Shown one piece after another: positions 12,701-23,049 of a stretch of 64,000 bases of DNA; position 1 is the stretch's first letter; each line of letters starts with the position of its first letter. The translations under genes were made by a program, and so were the position numbers. Origin of the DNA: Desulfatiglandales bacterium (GTDB lineage: Bacteria; Desulfobacterota; DSM-4660; Desulfatiglandales; Desulfatiglandaceae). The stretch covers positions 672,001 through 736,000 of the forward strand of contig OY762721.1 of NCBI GenBank assembly GCA_963666345.1, given 5' to 3'. The notes under the pieces are model-generated. The model saw only the letters and a program-made list of their open reading frames with translations. It was not told where the DNA came from and searched no databases.

Positions 12701-13911
12701 TCGTATGTATTTATGTTGAAGAAAAGATTTTTGAAAAAATTATTAGCCACATCTAAGGTCGGCGGGCTGCTTGGCCTCATTTTACGATATATATCGAGAA
12801 CCGCCTCTTCGGAAGAAGCGATTTTATCGAGCAGCATTGTATCCCGAATCGTACTGCTGACACCTTGAGCACTTAATACAAGACACTCGATCTCTTTGAT
12901 ACCTTTTTCCCTGACCTCATCAATTATCTCCATAGTCAAGGCTTTGTTACCTTCCAGCAAGACCTCACCGGTCCCGGGATCAATCAGGTCATCGGCAATA
13001 ACCCTGCCCTCCGCATCCTCATTTTCGATAGGGAGGTGAGTGATTCCAGCAGAATCAATTATCCTATGAAGGCGTTTCGTATATTTTTCACCCTTTTTGG
13101 CGATAACCTCACCACTTTCTGGATCTATAATATCCTTGTTTATCTTCTTTCTATAGAGGTTTTCCAGGTTCACCTCTCTAAGGAACCCTGATTTCTCAAG
13201 TTTCAGTCTCTCCGTTTCATAAAACATTGAAAGGATTTCCTTTGATGAGTAACCGAGGGCCTTCATTAGAATAGTAGCAGGGAATTTTCGTCTTCTGTCT
13301 ATTCGAACATAAAGGAGATCTTTCGGGTCGAATTCAAAATCCAGCCAGGATCCTCTCAAAGGGATAACCCTTGCCGAATAAAGGAGCTTTCCGCTTGAAT
13401 GGGTTTTTCCCTTGTCGTGGTCGAAAAAAGCCCCTGGGGATCTGTGAAGCTGACTAACCACAACCCGCTCGGTACCATTAATTATGAAAGTACCCCGATC
13501 TGTCATCATGGGTATTGTGCCGAAATATATTTCCTGCTCCTTGATATCTCTTATGCTCTTAGTTCCATCGACAGTGTCCGTATCAAATACCACAAGTCTA
13601 ACTGTCAACTTCAGAGGTGCTTCAAAAGTCATCCCCTTGTTAAGACAGTCGTCCTCATCGTACTTAGCGTTTTCAAAGGAATATTTGACAAATTCCAGAG
13701 AAGATGTTCCCGCGAAGTCGTGTATCGGAAAAACGCTTTTATAAGCACCTTGTAGCCCAACTTCCAGACGCTCTTCAGGCGGCACATCCTTTTGCAAAAA
13801 ACGCTCATAAGAGCGTCTTTGCATATCTATCAGACTCGGGATTTCCACTACCTTATTGATCTTCCCGAAATTTCTCCTCACGCGCCTAATTACGCCGCTT
13901 TCTCCAGGCAT
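9799..13911 (-). CDS. rpoB: RNA polymerase beta subunit
   Basis: [13 protein letters not shown] (Rif region), [24 protein letters not shown]. Confidence 0.99.
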   Translation of the reverse strand: MPGESGVIRRVRRNFGKINKVVEIPSLIDMQRRSYERFLQKDVPPEERLEVGLQGAYKSVFPIHDFAGTSSLEFVKYSFENAKYDEDDCLNKGMTFEAPLKLTVRLVVFDTDTVDGTKSIRDIKEQEIYFGTIPMMTDRGTFIINGTERVVVSQLHRSPGAFFDHDKGKTHSSGKLLYSARVIPLRGSWLDFEFDPKDLLYVRIDRRRKFPATILMKALGYSSKEILSMFYETERLKLEKSGFLREVNLENLYRKKINKDIIDPESGEVIAKKGEKYTKRLHRIIDSAGITHLPIENEDAEGRVIADDLIDPGTGEVLLEGNKALTMEIIDEVREKGIKEIECLVLSAQGVSSTIRDTMLLDKIASSEEAVLDIYRKMRPSSPPTLDVANNFFKNLFFNINTYDLSTVGRLKLNYRLNLDVSLEQRTLRKEDIIATVHELIRLKNAEAVVDDIDNLGNRRVRAVGELLENQYRIGLVRMERAIKERMSLQEVETLMPHDLINSKPASAVVKEFFGTSQLSQFMDQTNPLSEVTHKRRLSALGPGGLTRERAGFEVRDVHPTHYGRICPIETPEGPNIGLIVSLSTYARVNDYGFIETPYRHVENGVATKKIKFLSALEEKEFPIAQANAPLDTKGCFLREEAAVRIEGEAAKIPVQDVQYMDVSPDQLVSVSASIIPFLEHDDANRALMGSNMQRQAVPLLKASAPLVGTGIESVIARDSGTSVIAKREGIVEDVDASRIVIRSNGGTDNDEPEVEIYKLTKFKRSNQNSCYNQKPVVTRGDFVKKGQIIADGPACELGELALGQNVMVAFMSWGGYNFEDSILISERVVKEDVYTSIHIEEFEVVSRDTKLGKEEITRDIPNVGEDALKNLDESGIIKVGAEIKAGDVLVGKITPKGETQLSPEEKLLRAIFGDKAGDVKDTSLRVPPGVKGIVIDAKVFSRRGVEKDQRSLSIEAEERQKLEKNLNDEIEVIGRSAREKIREILLGKKLKTDLIERASSKVLLSAEKSIKAEDIDLIPVEEWNRADLKVSMDVIEKVEAIISNYSSKVSRISRVFDDKTDRLSLGDELAPGVIKMVKVYVAVKRKLSVGDKMAGRHGNKGVLSRILPIEDMPYFTDGTPVDVVLNPLGVPSRMNVGQVLETHLGWASRALGRQIADLLDKGTDISQIREKMRRIYPSDQYEKEFKNVSDQDIMKKARLLTNGVPMATPVFDGADEDEIKGAFKEAGLPIGGQAKLYDGRTGEPFDQEVTVGIMYILKLHHLVDDKLHARSIGPYSLVTQQPLGGKAQFGGQRLGEMEVWAMEAYGAAYSLQEFLTVKSDDVAGRTRMYERIVKGNNVLEAGLPESFKVLMKELQSLGLEIQLFEDSQA

Positions 13912-13972
13912 TGTGGCTCCTTTTCAACATTATCCGAATCATCCATCCAATAATACTAATTAATAAATCAAT

Positions 13973-13997
13973 GGCACCCCTGAATGTGAGGGGTGCC
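13973..13997 (-). terminator. Hairpin between rplL and rpoB (possible attenuator)
   Basis: GGCACCCCT-N7-AGGGGTGCC perfect 9-bp stem. Confidence 0.5.
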
Positions 13998-14015
13998 GCA
14001 TTTCATTTTCTTCTT

Positions 14016-14402
14016 CTATTTAATTTCCACACCGGCACCGGCTTCCTCAAGCTGGCTTTTTATACCCTCAGCCTCATCTTTCGGAATTCCTTCTTTAACC
14101 GCACCGGGAACACCGTCAACCAGTGCTTTCGCCTCTTTCAAGCCCAGTCCGGTTATTGCTCTAACCACTTTAATAACCTGAATCTTCTTATCCCCTATAG
14201 AAGAAAGAATGACATCAAATTCGGTCTTTTCTTCTTCTTCTTCCTGAGATGCACCACCGGCAAAGCCACCAGCCGCAATCGCTACCGGAGCGGCAGCTGA
14301 GACTCCAAATTTGTCTTCCAATTCTTTTACAAACTCTGAAAGTTCCAGGACAGTCATATTTGAAATAAATTCAACAACATCTTCTTTTGTAATATCAGCC
14401 AT
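14016..14402 (-). CDS. rplL: 50S ribosomal protein L7/L12
   Basis: [14 protein letters not shown]...[10 protein letters not shown]...[11 protein letters not shown]. Confidence 0.99.
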   Translation of the reverse strand: MADITKEDVVEFISNMTVLELSEFVKELEDKFGVSAAAPVAIAAGGFAGGASQEEEEEKTEFDVILSSIGDKKIQVIKVVRAITGLGLKEAKALVDGVPGAVKEGIPKDEAEGIKSQLEEAGAGVEIK

Positions 14403-14439
14403 TTTTATCTATAAACCTCCGTATATTCTGTTATATCCT

Positions 14440-14970
14440 TCAAGCCGCCTCACCCTTTTTCTGCTCTATGGCCTTAAGCACATAAACCAATTGGGTCACG
14501 ATTCCGTTGAGTAGCCTTACAAATGATCCAGGCACCGCCTGCATGGCCGAAAGCGTTTGAGCCAAAAGCACTTCTTTTGAAGGCAACTCTGATAACCGCT
14601 TGATACCCTCAGGCTCTATCGTTTTCCCTTCAATCTGGCCAATTTTGAGATCCAGTCCCTTCAACTCTCCGGCCAACTTTACCAAAACTTTGGCACACGC
14701 GGCTACATCTTCATACGCAAAGGCAACCGCCGAAGGGCCATACATATTTTCCTCCAAAACGGCAGCGTCGGTGTCTCGGCTCGCGAGCTTGAACAACCTG
14801 TTCTTTACCACCTGGAATTCAGTCCCTACCTTCCTAAGTTCATTTCTGAGTTGATTAATAGCCTCAACATTGAGACCCTGATAATCAACAAGAAAAGAAC
14901 CCTTTGCCTTTTCAAGGCGGGAATGAAGCTCGGCTACAAATTGTTCCTTTTCTTCCTTATTCATATTCAC
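14440..14970 (-). CDS. rplJ: 50S ribosomal protein L10
   Basis: DYQGLNV...LRNELR...VVKNRL...LPSKEVLLAQ; position. Confidence 0.97.
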   Translation of the reverse strand: MNMNKEEKEQFVAELHSRLEKAKGSFLVDYQGLNVEAINQLRNELRKVGTEFQVVKNRLFKLASRDTDAAVLEENMYGPSAVAFAYEDVAACAKVLVKLAGELKGLDLKIGQIEGKTIEPEGIKRLSELPSKEVLLAQTLSAMQAVPGSFVRLLNGIVTQLVYVLKAIEQKKGEAA

Positions 14971-14984
14971 CTCCTCTCCTTTTG

Positions 14985-15128
14985 TCTGTAAAGATACAAA
15001 AGACAGAGGCGCAGAGTATTTTTACATGTAAAAATAGTCTCGGTAGGCGCGTAACGATTAAGCCCAAAAATGCAAGGAAAACCTCAAGGCCTTCCCCGAA
15101 AACACAGGCACCTACTGTCTTTGACCAC
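14985..15128 (-). promoter_or_regulatory. L10 leader (rplJL autoregulatory RNA)
   Basis: Minus strand AAAGACAGTAGGT...GGGCTTAATCG...CCTACCGAGAC, the kink-turn/TTAA-loop pattern of L10 leaders, directly upstream of rplJ; boundaries approximate. Confidence 0.75.
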
Positions 15129-15306
15129 AAACTATTAAATGTGAAATCCTATCCTACTTTAAAAAAAACGACATAACATCCTTGTTCCGGAACAGTAATT
15201 AATATGCAGAGATTACGTCATTTCCCAAAAAGCACAAAGCCCCTTGTCCCCTTTTTGATAAGGGAGAAATGGGCATCGCCAAGACTTACTGATGGTTTTT
15301 CCGGCC

Positions 15307-16014
15307 TCAGTTGACCAGAAGCTCCTTCACATGGGCAGGGTCAATTTTAATTCCAGGCCCCATTGTAGTGGATATCGCAATGCTCTTGAAGTATGTTCCT
15401 TTGCTTGAAGCAGGCTTCAATCTCTGAATCGTTTCTATAAAGGCAGTGGCATTTTCCAGCAATTTTTCACGGCCGAATGAGACCTTGCCGACCGGAGCGT
15501 GAACAATACCCGATTTTTCAACCTTAAAGTCGATTTTTCCAGCCTTAATTTCGGTTACCGCCTTTGCTATATCGAACGTAACAGTACCCAATTTTGCATT
15601 AGGCATCATTCCTCTGGGGCCAAGAACACGTCCCAGCTTTCCGACAGCACCCATCATGTCAGGAGTAGCGATGGCCTTATCGAATTCAAGCCAGCCACCC
15701 TGCACCTTCTCCACAAGCTCATCAGATCCTATAAAATCTGCACCAGCCTCCTGGGCCTCCTTTTCTTTCTCCCCCTTGGCGAAAACGGCTACCTTAACTT
15801 CTTTTCCCACCCCGTTGGGAAGCACAACCGTACCCCTAACCATCTGATCTGCGTGTCGGGGATCAACTCCGAGTTTCACAGCCAAATCGACACTCTCATC
15901 AAATTTCGTATAAGAGCAGTCTAATGCCATCTGAAAAGCATCTTGAAAAGTCAATCTGGCAAATCTATCTATTTTCTGTGCCTGTTCACTGTATTTTTTT
16001 CCTCTGCGGGCCAT
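15307..16014 (-). CDS. rplA: 50S ribosomal protein L1
   Basis: KFDESVD...[14 protein letters not shown]...LGPRGMMPN. Confidence 0.99.
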   Translation of the reverse strand: MARRGKKYSEQAQKIDRFARLTFQDAFQMALDCSYTKFDESVDLAVKLGVDPRHADQMVRGTVVLPNGVGKEVKVAVFAKGEKEKEAQEAGADFIGSDELVEKVQGGWLEFDKAIATPDMMGAVGKLGRVLGPRGMMPNAKLGTVTFDIAKAVTEIKAGKIDFKVEKSGIVHAPVGKVSFGREKLLENATAFIETIQRLKPASSKGTYFKSIAISTTMGPGIKIDPAHVKELLVN

Positions 16015-16032
16015 TTTTTGAAACCTCTCAGC

Positions 16033-16461
16033 CTAATTATCAGTCACCTCGATACCCATGCTTCTAGCGGTACCTTCAATGATCTTCGTTGCTCTATCAA
16101 GGTCATAGGCATTCAAATCTTCAAATTTAAGTTTTGCAATCTCTTCGACCTTTTCCCTTGTCACTTTGCCGACTTTGTTTTTGTTTGGCTCACCCGAACC
16201 CTTTGCGATCTGGGCAGCCTGTTTTAGAAGTACCGCAGCAGGAGGCGTTTTGGTAATAAAAGAAAAAGACCTGTCTGCATATATGGTTATAACAACAGGA
16301 ATCACTGTTCCGTTCTTATCCTGCGTTCTTGCATTAAAGGCCTTGCAAAATTCTGCTATGTTCACGCCATGCTGCCCCAATGCCGGCCCTATAGGAGGCG
16401 ATGGATTAGCCTGCCCACCCTTGACCTGAAGTTTAACTGATCCGATAATTTTTTTTGCCAT
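16033..16461 (-). CDS. rplK: 50S ribosomal protein L11
   Basis: [18 protein letters not shown]...GTARSMG. Confidence 0.99.
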   Translation of the reverse strand: MAKKIIGSVKLQVKGGQANPSPPIGPALGQHGVNIAEFCKAFNARTQDKNGTVIPVVITIYADRSFSFITKTPPAAVLLKQAAQIAKGSGEPNKNKVGKVTREKVEEIAKLKFEDLNAYDLDRATKIIEGTARSMGIEVTDN

Positions 16462-16554
16462 AAATAATTCCCCTTTATCCGGTAAACCGGTACGTCTGCC
16501 CGTCTAAAAACAATCGCCCTCCGAATTTAATCAGAAGCCACCGGAATTAGATCT

Positions 16555-17085
16555 CTAAATCTTATTTACCTGAATGAAATCAAGTTCTACAGGCGTAGGC
16601 CGACCGAATATCGTAATAAGCACCCTTAGCTTTTCCTTTTCAGGTTTCAACTCCTCTACAATACCCTGAAAATTACTGAAAGGGCCGTCAATGACACGAA
16701 CTTCATCGCCTTCCTCAAACCTGTACTTCGGTTTCGGCCTGCTGACCCCTTCCTCCATTTGATTTATTATTCGCTCGGCTTCCTCGTCAGGAATCGGTGT
16801 CGGATTAACCTCGCCTCCGACAAATCCGGTGACTTTAGCTGTATTTCTGACAGTATGCCAAGTTTCATCATTGAGTTCCATCTGCACAAGGATATAGCCG
16901 GGATAGAATTTCCTTGAGGAAGTCCTCTTTTGCCCCTTCCTTAGCTCGACTACCTGCTCGGTCGGAACAAGTATTTGGCCGAAAGACTCCTGCTGACCGA
17001 GAGTCCTTATCCTTTCTTCAAGGTTCTGTTTAACCTTCTTTTCAAACCCTGAATAGGTATGAACGATATACCATTTTAGATCCAC
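16555..17085 (-). CDS. nusG: Transcription termination/antitermination factor NusG
   Basis: WYIVHTYSGFE...KFYPGYILV...VIDGPF...IFGRPTPVEL. Confidence 0.98.
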   Translation of the reverse strand: MDLKWYIVHTYSGFEKKVKQNLEERIRTLGQQESFGQILVPTEQVVELRKGQKRTSSRKFYPGYILVQMELNDETWHTVRNTAKVTGFVGGEVNPTPIPDEEAERIINQMEEGVSRPKPKYRFEEGDEVRVIDGPFSNFQGIVEELKPEKEKLRVLITIFGRPTPVELDFIQVNKI

Positions 17086-17157
17086 TTAATCACTCTCATA
17101 TGTTTATTTAAATCGTCCTTTTAAGGCTAAAGGCTTAATCGTCGCATTTGGTCCGGA

Positions 17158-17547
17158 TTATCCCAGGACACCTTTTATTATCTTTATAAGTCCGAAATCA
17201 ACCAGCCCAAGATAAAAAGCAACCAACAGGGTCAAAACTATCACGACAGCGGTAGATGCCAGCAGTTCCTTCCGGGTAGGCCACTTCACTTTTTTCAGCT
17301 CATTCCTTGATTCTCTCAGAAACTGACCGGTCATTCCCAGATATTTCGAAATAGACCCTCCTGCCCTGGCTTTTTTGTCAACGGTTCTTTTCTGAACCGC
17401 CCGCACAGGGGTCTGGGATGCCTTCTTTTTTTGACTCTGCTTCTGGCTCGAATCATCTGACCCTTTACCCTTAGGGGTTGAATCTTTTTTCCTGGTGTTC
17501 TTTTTGCCTTTTGCGCTCTGAGTTTTCATATATCTATTTTTTACCAA
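17158..17547 (-). CDS. secE: Preprotein translocase subunit SecE with a long basic N-terminal extension
   Basis: FLRESRNELKKVKWPTRKE plus one TM; between tRNA-Trp and nusG; exact start uncertain (TTG 17547 or ATG 17529). Confidence 0.93.
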   Translation of the reverse strand: MVKNRYMKTQSAKGKKNTRKKDSTPKGKGSDDSSQKQSQKKKASQTPVRAVQKRTVDKKARAGGSISKYLGMTGQFLRESRNELKKVKWPTRKELLASTAVVIVLTLLVAFYLGLVDFGLIKIIKGVLG

Positions 17548-17593
17548 AGGTTTGAGCTGGTTATATTTTTCTTTCAGATTCCCATAAAAAAAA

Positions 17594-17670
17594 TGGCAGG
17601 CCAGGAGGGATTCGAACCCCCAACACCCGGATTTGGAGTCCGGTGCTCTAGCCGTTAGAGCTACTGGCCT
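17594..17670 (-). tRNA. tRNA-Trp (CCA)
   Basis: AGGCCAGTAGCTCTAACGG...CTCCAAA...GTTCGAATCC...CCA. Confidence 0.97.
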
Positions 17671-17684
17671 ACATATTAATCACC

Positions 17685-17834
17685 CTATTTGGTTTCTTTG
17701 TGAAGTGTATGAGTCCTACAAGAAGGACAATATTTCTTAAAAGCCAGCTTGTCGGGCGTCTTCCTCTTGTTTTTTGTTGTAGTATAATTCCTGTTCTTAC
17801 ACTTTTCACAGGCTAAAGTTACTATATCGCGCAT
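17685..17834 (-). CDS. rpmG: 50S ribosomal protein L33 (Zn-ribbon, C+ type)
   Basis: Manual translation [49 protein letters not shown] (49 aa, below ORF-track cutoff). Confidence 0.97.
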   Translation of the reverse strand: MRDIVTLACEKCKNRNYTTTKNKRKTPDKLAFKKYCPSCRTHTLHKETK

Positions 17835-17841
17835 TCCCACG

Positions 17842-19061
17842 GCGGATCTCCCCTTATTCTATAATTTCACTGATGACACCTGCGCCAACAGTCCTTCCAC
17901 CCTCTCGGATAGCAAAATTAAGCTCTTTTTCCATGGCTATCGGCATAATCAGACTGACTTCAACAGCTACGTTGTCTCCGGGCATCACCATCTCAACTCC
18001 CTCAGGCAGCGTAACGACACCTGTAACATCGGTAGTCCTGAAATAAAACTGCGGCCTGTATCCATTGAAAAACGGCGTATGACGCCCACCCTCTTCCTTG
18101 GTCAGAATGTACGCCTCCGCCTTGAATTTGGTATGAGGGGTTATCGTGGCAGGCTTGGCTACAACCTGACCCCGCTGAACCTCATCCCTCTTAGTACCCC
18201 TAAGCAAGACGCCTATATTGTCCCCGGCTTCACCCTGATCCAGTATCTTCCGAAACATCTCTACACCGGTGCATACCGTTTTGATAGTATCGGTAATACC
18301 TACTATCTCTACCTCTTCTCCTACCTTGATCACGCCTCGCTCAACTCGTCCCGTTACAACAGTACCGCGACCAGAAATAGAAAATACATCCTCAATAGGC
18401 ATCAAAAACGCCTTGTCGGTATCCCTTACAGGTTCAGGAACAAATGAGTCCACCGCATCCATAAGCTCAAAGATCGGCTTGGCTTCCTCAGAGTCAGGAT
18501 CATCACTCTCAAGCGCCTTCAAAGCACTGCCCCTGATTATCGGCGTGTCATCACCAGGAAATTCATACTTGGTCAAAAGCTCCCTGAGCTCCAGCTCAAC
18601 CAGCTCAACCAGCTCCTCATCATCAACCATGTCACACTTATTCAAAAATACCACTATGCTCGGCACACCTACCTGCCTGGCAAGCAGTATATGCTCACGC
18701 GTCTGAGGCATGGGACCATCATCGGCACCAACTACCAAAATGGCTCCGTCCATCTGCGCAGCTCCCGTAATCATGTTCTTGATATAATCAGCGTGACCAG
18801 GACAATCTACATGTGCATAGTGCCTTTTATCGGTCTCGTATTCGACATGCGCCGTCGCTATCGTTATCCCCCTGGCCTTCTCCTCCGGAGCCTTGTCTAT
18901 CTCGTCAAAGGGCACAAAATCCGCCATACCCTTCATACCCAGATGCTTCGTTATAGCCGCCGTCAATGTAGTCTTGCCATGGTCTATATGGCCTATCGTA
19001 CCTATGTTTACGTGCGGCTTTGTCCTCTCAAATTTTTTCTTAGACATCTCCTCTCCTCCTC
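17842..19061. repeat. ~1.22-kb direct repeat, copy 2 of tuf
   Basis: Constant offset of 14536 nt from copy 1 at both ends. Confidence 0.92.
17854..19047 (-). CDS. tuf: Elongation factor Tu (copy after tRNA cluster)
   Basis: Same 397-aa protein as 3318-4511. Confidence 0.99.
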   Translation of the reverse strand: MSKKKFERTKPHVNIGTIGHIDHGKTTLTAAITKHLGMKGMADFVPFDEIDKAPEEKARGITIATAHVEYETDKRHYAHVDCPGHADYIKNMITGAAQMDGAILVVGADDGPMPQTREHILLARQVGVPSIVVFLNKCDMVDDEELVELVELELRELLTKYEFPGDDTPIIRGSALKALESDDPDSEEAKPIFELMDAVDSFVPEPVRDTDKAFLMPIEDVFSISGRGTVVTGRVERGVIKVGEEVEIVGITDTIKTVCTGVEMFRKILDQGEAGDNIGVLLRGTKRDEVQRGQVVAKPATITPHTKFKAEAYILTKEEGGRHTPFFNGYRPQFYFRTTDVTGVVTLPEGVEMVMPGDNVAVEVSLIMPIAMEKELNFAIREGGRTVGAGVISEIIE

Positions 19062-19131
19062 AAAAGCTCGCTAGAATCGCAGCAATGAATTCACAGACCC
19101 CTAAAACGGCTGGCTTTCACCCATTTCAAGA

Positions 19132-19208
19132 TGGAGCCCACGACCGGGATCGAACCGGTGAACCTCATCCTTACCAAGGATGCGCTCTACCTACTGAGCT
19201 ACGTGGGC
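19132..19208 (-). tRNA. tRNA-Thr (GGT)
   Basis: GCCCACGTAGCTCAG...CTTGGTAAG...GTTCGATCC...CCA. Confidence 0.97.
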
Positions 19209-19220
19209 ACAAAGAAAAAA

Positions 19221-19297
19221 TGGAGCGGGAAACGGGACTCGAACCCGCGACCCTCAGCTTGGAAGGCTGACGCTCTAGCCAACTGAGCTATTCCCGC
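19221..19297 (-). tRNA. tRNA-Gly (TCC)
   Basis: GCGGGAATAGCTCAG...CTTCCAAG...GTTCGAGTCC...CCA. Confidence 0.97.
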
Positions 19298-19405
19298 CTA
19301 TTCAACAAAAGGATCAACATATTTCGGGAAGTTTTTTTGCAAAAAAGGCTCCCTGTGCATAAGGACTCGACCAAGTCAATCAATCTTATCTTATGGAAAA
19401 CTTGA

Positions 19406-19490
19406 TGGTGGAGAGGGGAGGATTTGAACCTCCGAAGGCTGAGCCGGCAGATTTACAGTCTGCTCCCTTTGACCACTCGGGAACCTCTCC
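19406..19490 (-). tRNA. tRNA-Tyr (GTA)
   Basis: GGAGAGGTTCCCGAGTGG...CTGTAAA, long variable arm, GTTCAAATCC...CCA. Confidence 0.97.
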
Positions 19491-19549
19491 ACTTTTAAAA
19501 ATCCTTGCAAAGGAATATCCCTGCACCCTTCACCTTACTAGCAACAGCC

Positions 19550-19625
19550 TGGAGCCAGCGAAGGGAATCGAACCCCCGACCCACTGATTACAAATCAGTT
19601 GCTCTGCCATCTGAGCTACGCTGGC
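19550..19625 (-). tRNA. tRNA-Thr (TGT)
   Basis: GCCAGCGTAGCTCAG...TTTGTAAT...GTTCGATTCC...CCA. Confidence 0.97.
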
Positions 19626-19830
19626 CGCATGCGCAGAAAAACGTAAATTGTAAGTTTATTCTTATAAAATAATTATTTCAATACCGATTAGAGGCAAAAA
19701 TACGTCATTTTCAGAGAATATCTCGGCTAAACATGGAATATCTGATCTATCCGCCAAATAGCGTTTTTTAACGCCATTTTAATGTCGCCACTGGGCAAGG
19801 GAAACCAGCCCTATTTCATTAGGCAATAGA

Positions 19831-19859
19831 AGAATAGATTCCCGAAACGTTCCTGTCAA
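19831..19859 (-). promoter_or_regulatory. Putative sigma70 promoter of the tRNA-tuf operon
   Basis: Minus strand TTGACA-17 nt-TATTCT. Confidence 0.6.
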
Positions 19860-20271
19860 TACCCCATTTATTCAATATAAATAAAGCCCCGACCTCCTGG
19901 CTTGATCGGCAAGAAACGATTTTGTCCGAATGCAAACCCATAAACGGGTACTTTTCACAATCTCAACATCAATCTATGTGATTATTTGTGCAGAGTAGCA
20001 TATTACGCCTCCAGCGTAATTTCTTGATTTTCTTTGCTAAGCTACGCTTTGCTCAGTCCCACCCTTTGGCAGGCTCAAGCCGGATTCTCGATTTTTTGAC
20101 CTTGCAAAAAATATCTCATTCCTGATCTGGAAACTTACTAGCGCCCTTGATTCTTACCTGAGGTCTCCCAATAATTACTTGAACCCTTAAGGACTTTATG
20201 GTATCAGACTCACAAAGACAAAAACTATAAATAACTGCTCTTCAATACTGAATTATTAAGGAGGTAAGGAA

Positions 20272-20547
20272 ATGGCAGCATTAGCTGGAGGACTTGTTGC
20301 CCTGGTGCTTGGTATCATCGGGATTATTGCCTGGTGGGGTTATTTCATCGATATTCTGATGGGAGCCCTTCCCATAATGCTCTTACTTGGAGGAGCCTTG
20401 GCAGCCTATCTCGGCTTTGAAGAAATAAAAGACAAAAAGGCCGCTGAAGATTTCGATAGCTCTAAAGAAGACCTTCAGCAGGAGGTCGAAAGCCTCAAAG
20501 AGGAAATCAAGGAGCTTAAGACACAGAAAGACGAAAAACAGAAATAG
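20272..20547 (+). CDS. Small membrane protein (2 TM plus C-terminal coiled coil), function unknown
   Basis: Strong SD AAGGAGGT; hydrophobic N half, E/K-rich heptad tail. Confidence 0.85.
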   Translation: MAALAGGLVALVLGIIGIIAWWGYFIDILMGALPIMLLLGGALAAYLGFEEIKDKKAAEDFDSSKEDLQQEVESLKEEIKELKTQKDEKQK

Positions 20548-20572
20548 CAATCAGCCGAATTTTGCAGGCTGC

Positions 20573-20607
20573 TTTACCGGGCCCCGTTATCGGCAGGCCC
20601 GGTAAAA
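20573..20607. terminator. Hairpin between convergent genes (likely terminator)
   Basis: TTTACCGGG(G)CC...GGCCCGGTAAA. Confidence 0.55.
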
Positions 20608-20618
20608 TTTCCCTACCT

Positions 20619-21041
20619 TTATATATTCGCTAGCTCAAGAGAACTGAAAAAATACGCCAACTCAATTGCAGCATTTTCCCTGGAATCAGAACCATGCACC
20701 ACATTTTTTTCTATGTCGGTGGCAAATTCATATCTTAAGGTGCCCTCCTCGGCATCCTTATAATTGGTAGCACCCATAAGTCTCCTGTAGCGCGAAACAG
20801 CCTCATCGCCCTCAAGCACCAACACAACGCACGCCCCTGATGACATGAACTCGGTAAGACTGTTATAAAAAGGTTTTCCTTCATGGACCTTATAAAAACC
20901 CTTTGCCTGCTCCTTGCTCATATTGATCATCTTCATGGACAATATCTTGAGTCCCTCTTCTTCCATGCGGGAGATAACCTTTCCAATAAGTTTTCTGCCC
21001 ACTCCATCCGGCTTTATGATTGCCAAGGTTCTTTCATTCAT
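20619..21041 (-). CDS. ndk: Nucleoside-diphosphate kinase
   Basis: ERTLAIIKPDG...YRRLMGATN...NVVHGSDS (catalytic His). Confidence 0.98.
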   Translation of the reverse strand: MNERTLAIIKPDGVGRKLIGKVISRMEEEGLKILSMKMINMSKEQAKGFYKVHEGKPFYNSLTEFMSSGACVVLVLEGDEAVSRYRRLMGATNYKDAEEGTLRYEFATDIEKNVVHGSDSRENAAIELAYFFSSLELANI

Positions 21042-21411
21042 CTCTGGTAATCCTCCTTTTGAACAATTTGATTGACCCGCTGCTGCTTCTGCTGTTATAG
21101 AGCATCTCTGGTGATTAACCGGTTTTCATCGCAAAGGGAGTTCTTTCCGTTTTTACCTTCGAGGGCCTGTTGTTAATACCACAGCGCATCATGTGGCGCA
21201 CTGCCAAAAGGCCACTTTCTTACAGCAGGGTCTATCTAGGCCATACTTTCGGCCTAAATAAAAATAGAAACACACCGGTTAGTCAAGTGAATTATCCCTG
21301 AGGCGGCTTTTCCCAAACCACTCCGGGTCAAGTCTTAACACGATACCGCACCAATGAAAAATCCGCCCTTGATTAAAACCCCTTTTTGCAGCATCATGAA
21401 AGGAATTCGTA

Positions 21412-22146
21412 ATGAGCAATAACGATTTTGACAGTAAAACCGAAAGGATGGATGGGGATCATGTATTTGCTTTTGCCTGTTCTGCGGAACTGCCATGCTT
21501 TACGAAATGTTGCAGAGACGTTGCCATCATTTTGACTCCTTATGATGTCTTGAGGTTAAAGAATAACCTCAGGATTACCTCTGAGCAATTTCTCGAAAAA
21601 TATGCGATCATAGTACCAAGGCAAAATCGTCTGATTCCGATGGTAGCGCTCAAGATGAATGGAAGTAACAAGGAGTGCCCTTTTGTTGCGAAGGAGGGAT
21701 GCACTGTTTATCAAGACAGACCCTGGCCCTGCCGCGTGTTCCCACTTGACATGAACGATGACGGTACGTTCCGCACAACTGCGGATCCTTCACTGTGCAA
21801 AGGTCTGAAAAATGAAAGAAAACAACGCATATCCGACTGGCTGATTGAGCAGGGAGTTCCGGTTTATGACGAGATGAATGTGCTTTTTTCAAAAATCACA
21901 TCTCAGCTTCTTTCTCAGGAACTGGATATTGATAACCCACAGATCAGTAAAATGACCTTTATGGCACTTTATAATCTGGATAAATTCAAAAAATTTATCT
22001 TTGAAAGTACATTCATGGATCGCTTCGATATTGATACGGCCAGGATCGAAAAACTAAAAAGAAATGACTTGGAGTTATTAAAATTTGCATTTGAATGGAT
22101 CAGTTTTGGTCTTTTTGGGGAAAAAACTCTCTCGATAAAGGACTAG
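21412..22146 (+). CDS. YkgJ-family cysteine-cluster (CxxCC) protein, paralogue 1
   Basis: FAC-x5-CFTKCC, CPF-x5-C-x-VY-x-DRP-x-x-CR-x-FP. Confidence 0.85.
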   Translation: MSNNDFDSKTERMDGDHVFAFACSAELPCFTKCCRDVAIILTPYDVLRLKNNLRITSEQFLEKYAIIVPRQNRLIPMVALKMNGSNKECPFVAKEGCTVYQDRPWPCRVFPLDMNDDGTFRTTADPSLCKGLKNERKQRISDWLIEQGVPVYDEMNVLFSKITSQLLSQELDIDNPQISKMTFMALYNLDKFKKFIFESTFMDRFDIDTARIEKLKRNDLELLKFAFEWISFGLFGEKTLSIKD

Positions 22147-22198
22147 GACTGGTAAAAACCTTTCGGCTGAAAGCCATGTTTTCAGGGACTGAATAGGC

Positions 22199-23023
22199 AT
22201 GGTTCATACCGGTTTTATGGCAAAAATAAAGACATCGGAATCTGAAAAAATATTCTCTCCTTTTGAGGGCGATTCATTCCGCTTCAACTGTCACAGATAT
22301 CTTGAATGTTTTAACAGGTGCTGTGCAGACCTGCGCCTCATACTCACCCCATTAGATATAGTCAGAATAAGAAAAAGGCTTGGCATATCCTCCTCTGTCT
22401 TTCTTGATAAATACACCGAGACCGTGAAGGTTGAATACAGCAGCTTTCCCATGGTAAAGCTGCGTATGGAAGATAACGAATCTCACACCTGCCCTTTTGT
22501 ATCACCCGAAGGGTGCATTATTTATAAAGATCGTCCTACTGCATGCAGACTTTATCCTATAGGCAGGGCTTCATCAAAAGTTGAAGGAGAAAACGGCCTA
22601 AGAGAAAAATTTTTCATAATCAGGGAACAGCACTGCCTGGGATTTAGAGAAAATCGTTTGTGGAAGCTGGATGAATGGCTCGACCATGAGGGGATCAGGC
22701 AATATGATGAGATGAATACTCAATGGATTGAGATAACCTCGTCTTCCAATAGGCTCAGGGGAGGAGGCGATTTGACAAAAAGGCTTAAGATGTTTTTCAT
22801 GGCCTCCTATAATCCTGACAGATTGAGAGATTTCTTTTTTGAAAGCAGTTTTTTCTCACAATTTCATGCATCAGACGATCTGAAAGAGGCCCTTAAATCA
22901 GATGACCTGGAGTTATTAAAATTTGGTTTTCTCTGGCTAAAATTCAGCCTTTTTGGAGATAAAACCTTGAAACTTGAGGCCTCCCCTGCTCAGAACCGGA
23001 CTACTAAACCCAGGCATGTATGA
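22199..23023 (+). CDS. YkgJ-family cysteine-cluster protein, paralogue 2
   Basis: FNC-x5-CFNRCC, CPFV-x4-CIIYKDRPTACRLYP; shares C-terminal LLKF..LFG.KTL with paralogue 1. Confidence 0.85.
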   Translation: MVHTGFMAKIKTSESEKIFSPFEGDSFRFNCHRYLECFNRCCADLRLILTPLDIVRIRKRLGISSSVFLDKYTETVKVEYSSFPMVKLRMEDNESHTCPFVSPEGCIIYKDRPTACRLYPIGRASSKVEGENGLREKFFIIREQHCLGFRENRLWKLDEWLDHEGIRQYDEMNTQWIEITSSSNRLRGGGDLTKRLKMFFMASYNPDRLRDFFFESSFFSQFHASDDLKEALKSDDLELLKFGFLWLKFSLFGDKTLKLEASPAQNRTTKPRHV

Positions 23024-23049
23024 CTCTGTCTTCTTCGATATAAAGTAAC

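Noticed and set aside
5622..13911. Possible inteins or rpoB-rpoC fusion
   Set aside because: Lengths are normal (1370 and 1357 aa), the genes are separate, and no intein motifs were seen.
6..19270. Many + strand ORFs of 60-190 aa over the ribosomal/rpoBC block
   Set aside because: Antisense shadows of conserved - strand genes; no motifs or SD sites.
19393..19587. 64-aa + strand ORF (MENLMVERGGFEPPK...)
   Set aside because: Antisense read of tRNA-Tyr and tRNA-Thr.
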